A stretch of DNA of 64,000 bases from Mustelus asterias (lineage: Eukaryota). Position 1 is the stretch's first letter, and each line of letters begins with the position of its first letter. The stretch covers positions 53,134,001-53,198,000 of the forward strand of contig NC_135822.1 of the NCBI RefSeq assembly GCF_964213995.1, given 5' to 3'. The position numbers and the translations under genes are program-made. Shown piece by piece: positions 50,721 to 63,288 of the stretch. The notes beneath the pieces are model-generated. The model did no database searches. It was not told the DNA's origin and worked only from the letters and a program-made list of their open reading frames with translations.

Positions 50721-53700
50721 AACATAAGAACATCAGAAATAGGAGCAGGAGTAGGCCATCTGGCCCTTCGAGCCTGCCCCGCCATTCAACAAGATCATGG
50801 CTGATCTGAAGCGAATCAGTTCCACTTACCCGCCTGCTCCCCATAACCCCTAATTCCCTTATCGATCAGAAAACTATCTACCCGTGATTTAAACATATTC
50901 AACGAGGAAGCCTCCACCACTTCAATGGGCAGAGAATTCCAGAGATTCACTACCCTCTGAGAGAAGAACTTCCCCCTCAACTCTGTTCTGAACCGCCCCC
51001 CCCCCCCCCTTATGTTGAGGCTGTGCCCTCTAGTTCTGGTTTCCCTTCTAAGTGGAAAGAATCTCTCCACCTTTACCCTATTCCGCCCCTTCATTATCTT
51101 ATATGTCTCTATAAGATCACCCCTCATCCTTCTAAACTCCAACGAGTACAGACCCAATCTGTTTAATCTCTCCTCATAAGCTACACCCCTCATCTCCGGT
51201 ATCAATCTGGTGAACCTTCTCTGCACTCCCTCCAAGGCCAATATATCCTTTTGCAAATAAGGGGACCAAAACTGCACACAGTACTCCAGTTGCGGCCTCA
51301 CCAGTGCCTTGTACAGTTGCAGCAAGACCTCCCTGCTTTTATATTCTATCCCCCTCTCGATAAAGGCCAACATTCCATTCGCCTTCTTGATCACCTGCTG
51401 CACCTGCAGACTGAGATTTTGCGATTCATGCACAAGGACCCCCACGTCCCTCTGCACAGTCACACGATGTAATTTTTCTCCATTTAAATAATATTCCAAT
51501 TTACTATTATTTCTTCCAAAGTGGATAACCTCACATTTGCTAACATTATATTCCATCTGCCAGATCCTCGCCCACTCGCTCAGCCTATCCAAACCTCTCT
51601 GCAGACTTTCCGCGTCCTCCATGCAATTCGCTTTCCCACTCACCTTCGTGTCATCAGCAAACTTGAATACCCTAGATTCAGTCCCCTCCTCCAGATCATC
51701 TATGTAAATGGTAAACAATTGAGGCCCCAGCACCGATCCCTGCGGCACGCCACTGGTCACCAACTGCCAACCAGAAAAGCACCCATTTATCCCAACTCTC
51801 AGCTTCCTGTTAGATAGCCAATCCCCAATCCACGCCAACACCTTACCCCTAACTCCGTGTACCCCAATCTTCTGCAGCAACCTTTTGTGAGGCACCTTAT
51901 GGAACGCCTTCTGGAAATCTAAAAACACCACATCCACCGGTTCCCCTCTGTCAACCGCACTCGTGACATCTTCATAAAAGTCCAGTAGATTCGTCAAACA
52001 TGACTTTCCCTTCATGAATCCATGCTGCGTCTGCTTGATCGAACCATTCTTATTCAGGTGCTCTGTTATTTCCTCTTTAATAATGGACTCTAACATCTTC
52101 CCAACTACGGACGTTCAGCTAACCGCCCTGTAGTTACCCGCCTTTTGTCTACTTCCTTTTTTAAACAGCGGCGTAACAGTAGCTGTTTTCCAGTCAGCCG
52201 GCACTACCCCAGAGTCCAGCGAATTTTGATAAATTACTACTAACGCATCTGCTATTACCTCAGCCATTTCTTTCAGTACCCTGGGATGCATTCCATCCGG
52301 GCCCGGGGACTTGTCTACCTTCAGTCCTATTAGTCTACCAAGCACCACCTCCTTAGTAACAGTAATTGTATTAAGGACCTCCCCTCCCACCAACTCCCGA
52401 TCTCTAATATTCGGCAAATTATTTGTGTCTTCCACCGTGAAGACCGACACAAAGAACTTATTTAAAGTCTCAGCCATTTCCTCGTTTTCCACTATTAAAT
52501 CCCCCCTCTCATCTTCCAAGGGTCCAACATTCACTCTAGCCACTCTATTCCTTTTTATATACTTGTAAAAACCTTTACTATCATTTTTTATATTTTGAGC
52601 TAGTTTAGTTTCATAATCTATCTTTCCTTTCTTAATCGCTTTTTTAGTCGTTCTTTGTTTTTCTTTAAAGCTTTCCCAATCCACTAATTCTCCACTAATT
52701 TTGGCCACTCTGTACGCATCTGATTTTATTTTAATACTCTCCTTTATTTCCTTCGTTATCCACGTCCGGTTATCCTTTTTCTTACACTCCTTCTTTATCA
52801 CCAGAATATATTTTTGCTGAGTACTTTAAAAAATCTCCTTAAAAATCCTCCACTGTTCCTCAGCTGTCCTACCTACCAGTCTGCTCGCCCAGTCTACATT
52901 AGCCAATTCCACCTCTACATTAGCCAATTCCACCCTCATCCTATCGTACTCCCCTCTGTTCAAGCAGAGGACACTGGTTTGGGACCCTACTTTCTCACCC
53001 TCCATCTGTATCAGAAATTCCACCATATTATGATCACTCATCCCAAGAGGATCCTTCACAAGAAGATCCTTAATCCTACCTGTCTCATTGCACAGAACCA
53101 GATCCAAGATAGCTCGCTCTCTCGTAGGTTCTGTAACATACTGTTCAATGAAACAATCCCGACAGCATTCCAAGAACTGTTCCTGAAGCGCTCCACGACC
53201 AATTTGAGTCGACCAATCAATATGTAGGTTAAAATCCCCCATGATTATTGCCGTTCCACTTTTGCACGCATCCATTATTTGCTTGTTTATAGCCCTCCCC
53301 ACCTCTAAGTTGTTATTTGGGGGCCTATAGACCACACCTACCAGTGTCTTTCTCCCCCTACTATTCCTTATCTCCACCCACAACGATTCCACGTTTTGCT
53401 CCTTAGAGCCTATGTCGTCTCTCACTACCGTCCTGATATTATCCTTTATTAACAAAGCTACCCCAACTCCTTTTTCTACCTGTCAAGCCTTCCTAAATGC
53501 CTGATAACCCTGTATATTCAGTTCCCAGTCCCGGTCACCCTGCAACCACGTTTCTGTGATGGACACTAGATCATATTCATTTGTATGGATTTGTGCCATC
53601 AACTCATTTACTTTGTTTTGAATGCTTCGTGCATTCAAGCAAAGTGTCTTTATGCCAGCCTTTATCTGGACCCGGTTTGTTGAAGCGCTACTAACATCTC

Positions 53701-55890
53701 CCAAGCCCTCTCCTCCTTTAGCTAGTTGTTTATTCACTATACTCCTGGCATTAGAGTAGACACATCTCAATCCTATGGTCTGACCTCTCCCCTTCTCTGT
53801 TCCCAGTCCACCTGCCCTCTTGCACTGCCTATAACCCTTCTCTGTTTGCGAGCTACCTTCCTCACTCTCAGTCACGTCACTTTGATCCCCTCCCCCAACC
53901 TATCTAGTTTAAACTCTCCCCAGTAGCCTGAGCCAACCTTCCTGCCAGGATATTGGTCCCCCTGGGATTCAAGTGCCACCCGTTTTTAGTATACAGGTCA
54001 CACCTGCCCCTAAAGAGGTCCCAATGGTCCAGGAACCTGAATCCCTGCCCCCTGCACCATTCCCTCAGCCACACATTCATCCTCCACCTCACTCCATTCC
54101 TTTCCTCACCTTCCCGTGGCACAAGCAGCAATCCCGAGATTACTACCTTTGCTTTCCTCCTTCTCAGCTGTCTCCCTAATTCCCTATACTCTTTTTTCAT
54201 GTTCCCTTCCCCCTTCTTACCCACATCAGCGGTACCAATATGTACCGCTACCTCCGGCTCCTCTCCCTCCCACCTCAGGATTTCTGGGACTCACCCAGCG
54301 ACATCCTGGATCCCAGCCCCAGGGAGGCAGACCACCATGCGAGACTCCCGCCTGCCTCCACAAAATCGCCTGTCCGTCCCCCTGACTGTCGAGTCCCCGA
54401 TTAATACTGCCTTCCTCCTCCTTTCCTTAGCCCTCTGAGTTACAGGGCCGGACTCCACCCCGGAGACACGGCCACTGCTGCTTCCCCCAGATGGGCTGTC
54501 CCCCCCAACAGTACTCAGACAGGAGTACTTGTTTTGTAGGGGCACTTCCACCGGGGTGCTCTCAATCACCCGTGTTTTTCCCTTCCTGGCTGTTACCCAC
54601 TTGGCCTCCTCCCGTGGCCCTGGTGTGACCACCTGATGATAGCTCTTGTCTATCACCTCCTCATTCTCCCTCACCCACCTAAGATCGTCAAGCTGCAGTT
54701 CCAGCTCCCTAACACGGGCCTTCAGGAACCGCAGCTCGACACACCCCTCACAGATGTGGATGTCCGGGAGGCCAGGTGCCTCCAGGACCTCCCACATACT
54801 GCACTGCGAGCAACACACTGGCTTAACACTCATATTTCACCCTTTCTTCCAAGGTACACAGAGAAAAGTAAATTATAAATAAAAAAATAAGAAACTCACC
54901 TCTGCTCGCCCTTTCTGCCTAAGCCCGATGAGCCAAAGCCCCTCCGTTCTCACTCAGCTCCCTCTCACTCCGCTGCCCGTTAGATAGTGGGGCCTGCCTT
55001 TTAAACCTCCCGTGCACTAAAAAAAACTCAAAAGACCCTTCCCAGTAAACCCCGCGGCCACTGCTGGTTTCGCGCCAAAATTTAAAAATAATTAAATAAA
55101 TAAATAACACCCGCGAAAAAGTACTTTAAATTAAATCTTACCCCAAAAATCCTGTCACCAGTCACACCTCTGCCTTTCTCCAAAGCAAGAAGTTTAACAA
55201 CACCAGGTTAAAGTCCAACAGGTTTATTTGGTAGCAAAAGCCACACAAGCTTTCGGAGCACTAAGCCCCTTCTTCAGGTGAGTGGGAATTCTGTTCACAA
55301 ACAGAGCTTATAAAGACACAGACTCAATTTCCATGAATAATGGTTGGAATGCGAATACTTACAACTAATCAAGTCTTTAAGAAACAAAACAATGTGAGTG
55401 GAGAGAGCATCAAGACAGGCTAAAAAGATGTGTATTGTCTCCAGACAAGACAGCCAGGTACACAGGTAACAAGGTACACAGAGAAAAGTAAATTATAAAT
55501 AAAGAAATAAGCAACTCACCCCTGCTCGCCCTTTCTGCCTAAGCCCGATGAGCCAAAGCCCCTCCAAAGCTTGTCTGGAGACAATACATAACTTTTTAGC
55601 CTGTCTTGATGCTCTCTCCACTCACATTGTTTTGTTTCTTAAAGACTTGATTAGTTGTAAGTATTCGCATTCCAACCATTATTCATGTAAATTGAGTCTG
55701 TGTCTTTATAAGCTCTGTTTGTGAACAGAATTCCCACTCACCTGAAGAAGGGGCTTAGAGCTCTGAAAGCTTGTGTGGCTTTTGCTACCAAATAAACCTG
55801 TTGGACTTTAACCTGGTGTTGTCAAACTTCTTACTGTGTTTACCCCAGTCCAACGCCGGCATCTCCACATCATTTCTCCAAAGCAACAAA
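50721..55890 (-). mobile_element. Near full-length CR1 LINE
   Basis: ORF1 53904-54833 (CxxC..CxxC finger, GDS..HxN SGNH esterase, one stop). ORF2 ~50816-53720 APE + RT (FADD) with a few disruptions. (TTCTTATG)n tail. Confidence 0.95.
55189..55872. mobile_element. Penelope pLTR palindrome inserted in the CR1 5' end
   Basis: ~260 bp inverted arms; 14 bp TSD TTTCTCCAAAGCAA (55175-88/55873-86). Confidence 0.88.
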
Positions 55891-57044
55891 GATAAGTGGG
55901 CAAGTTCATGACAGATGCAATATAATGTGAATAAAAGTGAGGTTATGCACTTCGGTCGCAATACTAGGGAGATAGATTGTTATTTGAATCTTATAAATTG
56001 AGAGGGGTGGATAGTCACCGAGATCTGGGTGATTGGGTGCATCAGTCGCTGAAAGTAGGCACGCAGGTGCACGCAATAAAAAAACCAAATTACATTTTGG
56101 CCTTCATTAAGAGATAAGGTAAGTATAAGATTGTTTCACTGTAATTGTACAGGGCCTTGGTGTTGCCGCACCTGGAAATTCATGTTGCAGTTTTGATATC
56201 CTTCTCTGAGGAAGGATGTCCTTGCTATAGAGGAAGGTCAGCAAAGGTTTACCAGGCTGATTTATTTGATGGCAGGTTTGCCAAATGAGAAACTATGACA
56301 GTTAGGATGATATCCATTGGAGCTTAGAAGAGTGAGAGGGGATCTCATAAAAACTGACAACATTCTAATAGGCTTAGAGAGGGTAGATTCATAAAGAATG
56401 ACCCCGAAAGTGGTGTCATCCAGAACTAAGGGTCATAATTTGTGGTTTAGGGATAAACCTTTTTAGGGTTGAGGTGAGGTGAAATTAGTTCACCCACAGG
56501 GTTTTAAATCGATGGAATTCACGACCTCAGAAAGTAATTGAGGTCAAAATCTTGTGTGATTTCAAGAAGAAATTAGGTATAGCTGTTGGGGCTAACGGGA
56601 TCAAGCAACATCGGGGTAAGGCGGGACCAAGATATTGAATTCGATGTTCAGCGATGCTAAAATGGTATGGTGGAGTGGCCTCAAAAGGCCTAATGACCTC
56701 AAGTTTCTATGTTTGTATCTATTAAATTGTATGTCTCTATTTACTTTAGTGTGTGTGTAGGTTTCTGTGTGTGCGGGTTAGCATGTGTGTGTGCATTTAT
56801 TTTTACATCTCCATTTCTGTGTATATTTGTGTGCACGTATTTCATTGTTCGCAAATTCGATTTTTTGTATGCTTATATTGCAGTGTATCTATTCGAGCAT
56901 TGCTCTATTCACGCGTGTGTCTGCCTGTGTGATTGCATATCTGTCTGTGTGTATAAGTGTGTGTGTGTGTGTGTGTGCGTTTGTGCGTGTGTGCATGTGT
57001 TTGTGTATTTGTAAATCCAATCTCGCAGGTTATTAAAGCGGTAA

Positions 57045-57281
57045 ATGCGTTTCCTGTTCTGCAGGTTGCCTCTGTGTCTCTTTCTGTTCGTTCCAGCTGA
57101 CAGTACAATTATTCTGAGGGAGTGGCAGGGACATATCACGTCTTCCGGGTATCCTCGAGGATGTCCAAGTAATGGATCCGAACACTGGCACATGACTGTT
57201 CCCAGTGATTATGGTGTCATCATTTCATTCACTAATATTGATATTAAACCATCAACTGACTGCGTCATTGATAACATTCAG
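57045..57281 (+). CDS. C1r/C1s/MASP-family gene: signal peptide and CUB1 first-half exon
   Basis: LPLCLFLFVPADSTIILREWQGHITSSGYPRGCPSN..W..TVPSDYGVIISFTNIDIKPSTDCVIDNIQ|GT. Starts either at a phase-2 acceptor (57064) or at ATG 57045. The phase-0 end matches C1s ..DSVQ|. Confidence 0.8.
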
Positions 57282-57831
57282 GTAAAACATTTCTTTCTTT
57301 CTATCTAGGGTTTTTTTGCTATTATTTAGTGTCACATGTAGGCTTACATTAACACTGCAATGAAGTTACTGTGAAAATCCCCTAGTCGCCAGACTCCGGC
57401 GCCTCTTCTGGGACACGAATGTGCAAATTAGCATGTCCAATGTACCTAACCAGCACGTCTTTCGGACTGTGGGAGGAAACCGGAGCACCTGGAGGAAACC
57501 CACGCAGACACGGGGAGAACGTGCAGACTCCAGACAGACACTCACCCGAGGCTGGAATCGAATCCGGGTCCTTGGCCCTATCTATCTATCTGTCTGACTT
57601 TCTCTTTCCTTTCTATCTGTTATGCTAAATACCGAGCCTCCCCTATTCCGAAAAAAGCGAAGATCTCTATCCATATATTTGTTGCTTTATACAATAGAAA
57701 GGTGGAATCGAGTGATGAACAATTCATTAATCTGCTACACCGTGCTCTTGCTATTTATCAGCTCGAATACAGCGAGAAACAATAAATGTACAATGTCATT
57801 TTATTCTTTGTGTGATACCCCAACCCCACAG

Positions 57832-58009
57832 ATAGATTCTGAAGAAGCCACTTATCCCCCAATCTGTGGCACCAGCAGACATTATGAGAAAAGCTTCCAA
57901 TTTCCACAAGAGTACTACACTGCTGGAAACTGGATGACAGTCATCTTGAACTCCGATTGTTCCAAAAAGCAATTCTACACTGGATTTTCTGCTAATTATT
58001 CAGCATTTG
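57832..58009 (+). CDS. CUB1 second-half exon
   Basis: AG|IDSEEATYPPICG..GNWMTVILNSDCS..YTGFSANYSAF-G|GT, open, phase 1. Confidence 0.85.
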
Positions 58010-58384
58010 GTACGAGTTACAAAACATTATATAATTTGCCGTGCCCAGCAAGTCTATATTATGCACAACCAGCCCATCCCCGTGTATATACTGTCATAAG
58101 CGGTGTCCCAGAATGCTTGTTTTTTAAAAAATATATTTTTACGGGATATGAGCATTATCGTGATTGTGAGTATTTTCTGTATTGCCCTTGGTAACATCGT
58201 TGTGGGTTTCTGAACTGCAGTGATAAGTGTACATGCACAGACAATGCTATTAAGGAGAGAGATGAAGGATCTTGACCCATCAATTTCTTTATATTTTATA
58301 TACATTCTCCCTTGTGCTGAATCAGTTCGGTCATTTGTTTTTCGAGTCCTGAGGTCAACCAATTTCCTTCACCACAGAATAGAA

Positions 58385-61175
58385 AAAACAAACAACAAAG
58401 AAAATTACAGCACAGGAACAGACCCTTAGGGCCTCCAAGACTGCACTGACCATGCTCCCGACTTAACTATAACCCTCTACCCTTCCGGGGAACATATCCC
58501 TCTATTCCCATCCTATTCACGTATTTGTCAAGACGCCCCTTGAAAGTCATTACTGTATCCACTTCCACTACCTTCCCGAGAAACGAGTTCCAGGCACCCA
58601 CCATCCTCTCTGTTAAAAAGCCTGCCTCGTACATCTCCTTTAAACCTTGCCCCTCGCACCATAAACTTATGCCCGCCAGTAATTGACTCTTCCACCCTGG
58701 GAAAAAGCTTCTGACTATCCACTCAGTCGATGCTTCTCATAATCGTGTAAATTTCTACCAGTTCGCCCCTCAACCTCCGTCGTTCCAGTGAGAATAAACC
58801 AGTTTCTCCAACCTCTCATAGCTAATGCGCTCCATACCAGGCAACATCCTGGTAAATCTTTTCTGTACCCTCTCCAAAGCTTCCACATCCTTCTGGTAGT
58901 GTGGCGACCAGAATTGAACACTATATTCCAAGTGCAGCCCCACTAAGGGTCTATAAAACTGCAATATGACTTGCCAATTTTTAAACTCAGTGCCCCGGCC
59001 GATGAAGGCAAGTATGTCGTATGCTTTCTTGACTACCTTCTCCAATTGCATTGCCACTTTCAGTGACCTGTGTACCTGCACACCCTGATCCCTTTGCCTA
59101 TCAATACTATTAAGGGTTCTGCCATTTACTGTATATTTCGTATCTGTATTAGACCTTCCAAAATGCATAACTCACATTTGTCCAGATTAAACTCCAACTG
59201 CCATCTCTCCACCCAAGTCTCCAACTGATCTATATCCTGCCGTATCCTCTGGAGGTCCTCATTGCTATCCACAAATCCATGAACCTTTGCGTCATCCGCA
59301 AACATACTAATCAAACCAGTTACATTTTCCTCCAAATCATTTATATATATATTACAAACAGCAAAGGTCCCAGCACTGATCCCTGAGGAATGCCACTTAT
59401 TACAACCCTCCATTCAGAAAAGTACCCTTCCACTGCTACCCTCTGTCTTCTTTGACCGAGCCAGTTTTGTATCCACCTTGCCAGCTCACCTCTGATCCCA
59501 CGCAACTTCACCTTCTGCACCAGTCTGCCACAAGGGACCTTGTCAAAGGCCTTACTGAAGTCCATGTAGACAACATCCACTGCCCTACCCTCATCAATCA
59601 TCTTTGTCACTTCCTCGAAAAACTCGATCAAGTTCGTGAGGCACGACCTTCCCTTCACAAAACCATATTGCCTCTCACTAATACGTCCACTTATTTCCAA
59701 GTGGGAATAAATCCTGTCTCGAAGAATCCTCTACAATAATTTCCCTACCATTGAAGTGAGGCTCACTGGCCTGTAATTACCTGGATCATTCTTGCTACCC
59801 TTCTTAAACAAAGAAACAACTTTGGCTATTCTCCAATCTTCTGGGACCTCCCCTGTAGCCAGTGAGGATACAAATATTTTTCTCAAGGCCCCAGCAATTT
59901 CCTCCTTTGCCTCTCTCAGTATTCTGGGGTATATCCCATCAGGCCCTGAGGACTTGTCTACCTTAATGTTTCTCAAGAACCCCAATATCTCCTCCTTTTT
60001 GATCACAACATAACTCAAACTATCTACACACCCTTCCCAAGACTCATCATCCACCAAGTCCTTCTCTTTGGTGAACACTGACGCAAAGTACTCATTTAAT
60101 ACCTCACCCATTTCCTCTGGCTCCACGTATAGATTCCCTCCCTTGTCCTTGAGTGGGCCAAACCTCTCCCTGGCTACCCTCTTGCTCTTTATATATGTAT
60201 AAAATGCCTTGGGATTTTCCTTAATCCTGCTGGCCAATGCTTTCTCGTTACCCCTTTTAGCCCTCCTTACTCCTTGCTTAAGTTTCTTTCTACTTTCCTT
60301 GTATTCCACACTTGCTTCATGTGTTCCCAGCCTCCGAGCTTTGACAAATGCTTCCTTTTTCTCTTTCACCAGGCTCACAATATCTCTCGTTATCCAAGGT
60401 TCCCAAAACCTGCCATATTCATCCTTACAGGAATCTACCGGTCTGGAATCCCCTATCAACTTACACATGAAAGCCTCCCACCTGCCAGATGTTGATTTGC
60501 CCTCAAACATCTGCCCCCAATCTACATTCTTCAGTTCCTGCCGAATATTTGTTGTAATTAGCCTTCCCCCAATTTAGCACCTTAACTTGAGGACTACATT
60601 TATCTTTATCCATCAGAACCTTAAAGCTTACTAAATTGTGGTCACTGTTCCCGAACTGCTCCCCTGCTGAAACATCGACTACCTGGCCGGGCTCATTCCC
60701 CAATACCAGGTCCAGTGTGGCCCCTTCCCTAGTTGGACTATCTACATACTGCTTCAAGAAGCCCTTCTGGATGCTCCTTACAAACTCTGCCCCATCCATG
60801 CCCCTGGCACTAAGCGAGTCCCAGTCAATATAGGGGAAGTTAACATCTCCCACCACAACAACACTGTTACTTTTACACCTTGCCAAAAGCTGTCTACATA
60901 TCTCTTCCTCTTTCTCCCACTGGCAGTTGGGTGGCCTATTGTAAACCCCCAACATTGTGACTACACACTTTCTATTCCTGAGCTCCACCCATATTGCCTC
61001 GCTGTACGAGCCCTCCGAGGTGTCCTCCCGCAGTACAGCTGTGATGTTCTCCTTAACCAATAATGAAACTCCCCCACCCCCTTTACATCACCCTCTATCC
61101 CGCCTGAAACATCTGTATCCTGGAATGTTAAGCTGCCAACCCTGTCCTTCCCTTAACCAAGTCTCTGTAATGGCA
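58385..61175 (-). mobile_element. CR1 ORF2, frameshifted, intronic
   Basis: GDVNFPYIDW, SDHN, NYRPVSLTS, DFSKAFDKVP, PQGSVLGP, FADD. Confidence 0.93.
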
Positions 61176-62155
61176 ACTACGTCTAGAATCTCAACTTATC
61201 ATCATTTTATGCAGCTAAATATATTTTCTGTACGTGCCTGGTTGAACAGTAACAATCACATAGATCGATCTTTGTTCCTGATGCCCCAAAGCAGAATACG
61301 CTTCCCCATGTGCAAATTATCAGATTCATGTACCCGCAAAAAGAAAACAACCTCCTTTTATAGTGCTACCCAGCCTTCTGTTACTGGAGCTAAGAACCTA
61401 AACATCTACAATATTTTCAAAGGTGTAGTCAATCGGGACTCCTTAATTGATTATTTTTCCACCATCTCAGGAGCCTCTAAATCAGGCGAGAGAAACGAAA
61501 GTCAAACTCAAATCTTGCACGAATCATGTTGTATTTGGAGCGTAACTTATTACTCTAAGTGTTGCCTTATAAAGATTGATTGAATCCAAAACTCTGTAAA
61601 GAGCTCCAGATGCGCCGAAATAAAGTTTTCGACATGCTGGATCCATGCAGAGTGTCCTGAGTATGGTGTGTCCGCGTGTTCTGGAAACCAAACCCGCGCA
61701 GTTTCTTTGGTGTATTTTGCAACGAGGTTCAATACAAGTTCAAGGGACTTGTGCTACATCTCGATTGATGAATGTCACATTGAAAGGTAACATGTCTATT
61801 TGCTATGTTTTCACCGATAGTGAAATGCGCAAATGGAACACCAATCCTTTGAGATATTGTATTTAAGTTTTGTCCAGGTGTTCTGACTGTGCTGATAAAT
61901 GCACTGTTCTCAAAATGCACTGGCAAAAAAGACCACAGGATTCAGTGGAAAAATTCGCAAAGGACACCACGGAAACATAAATAAATTTAATTAATTCAAC
62001 AAAAGAAAGATTATGACAACTAATTGGATAGTTTTTGTGAGCTCAAATCTGGATATAATTTGTTAAATTTCCACGGGTTTGTCTGCACCTCTCTACGGAG
62101 AAAACATGTCTTCTCCATGAAAGTCTGACACGGTTTATGTTCCTTCATCCTTCAG

Positions 62156-62268
62156 TTAAGCATTGTTCTGATGATATTCTGGAGCACGGCATTATTGAGC
62201 CACAGAAAAGCGAGTTTGATTTTAAAGATTGGGTGCAAGCGAGCTGTGAGCTGGGATATCAACTTTAT
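62156..62268 (+). CDS. CCP1 (sushi) first-half exon of the same gene
   Basis: TTCAG|(V)KHCSDDILEHGIIEPQKSEFDFKDWVQASCELGYQLY|GTAAGT. Phases 1/0 as for the split CCP1 of C1r/C1s/MASP; in frame with the CUB1 exon. Confidence 0.85.
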
Positions 62269-63288
62269 GTAAGTTGACTAAATTTATTTTGCTTCATTTG
62301 GCAGAAATTGCAACAGCCATCATTGCTGTTAATTTTGTGGCATGGTCGGTGCAGGCTTGGAGGGCCGACGAGCTTGTTCCAGTGTTGTAATGTTCTTTGA
62401 TCTTTGTTCAATAATGCCGTGCTCCAGAATATCATCAGAACAAAGTTTGCTTCTGTACTCACTTTCGCAGCTCTTTACCGGGACATGTTGATGCCTGTCT
62501 GAATCAATGCCTGTCTGACTTTACCATGTTTTCGCGACCGCAAACGGACCCGACAAAATGGTAAAATCGGGCCCTCTATCATCCTGGCATTTATTAATAT
62601 TTTTCTGGGCAAGGAAGTTGGTAAATCTTATACAGGGCACAACGTATACCTCAGATGTGGAATTTAGTTAAATTCCTGGCAGCACACAATAGGGAAGATG
62701 TGCATGCATTGGGGATAGTGCAGCAGAGGTTTACAGGAACGATTCCAGGTGTGAGAAAGTTCAATTGTGAGGATATTTTGACGAGGTCGGGATTAATTTA
62801 CTGTAGAGAAGATGTCAAGAGGGTTATTTGATAGAGGTACTCACGCTCATAGGAGTCAGCAAAGAGTAGCGAATGAAAAACTGTTGCCATTCTTGAGGTG
62901 ATCGAGAACGAGGTGGGTGCAGATTTAAAGTGATTTGCAGAAAAAGCAAATGTGAGGTGAGAATAATGTTTTATTAAACATCCAATGCTCTGGGAATGGA
63001 ATCCATTTCAGGGAAGGTTGAGTTTGGTTTAGTGAAGGTATTCAAAAGGGTATTAGAATGTTCTTTACTGAAAGTCCATGGTACATGGGGAAAATGCAGG
63101 GAAATAGCATGACGTGATACTACTCACTTAGCGAACATAGCTTGGCAGGCAGGGCCATTCTTCAGCGTCATAACAGTCACGTGAACATGTTATTAATGTG
63201 CCAGGGCAGCCGATTTGTCTTTGCTGTGGAATTCTCCATGTTCCTTTTTCATTAATTCTTCCGACAACAGTTTACAGATTCAGATTTG

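Larger units (their letters stand above)
50290..56710 (+). mobile_element. Old CR1 split by a younger full-length CR1
   Basis: RT remnant 50290-50720 resumes at 55891; candidate TSD GATAAG. Confidence 0.75.

Noticed and set aside
58130-58260. CEYFLYC as an EGF relic
   Set aside because: The sequence resembles a common LINE-tail repeat; there is no EGF Cys spacing or splice sites.
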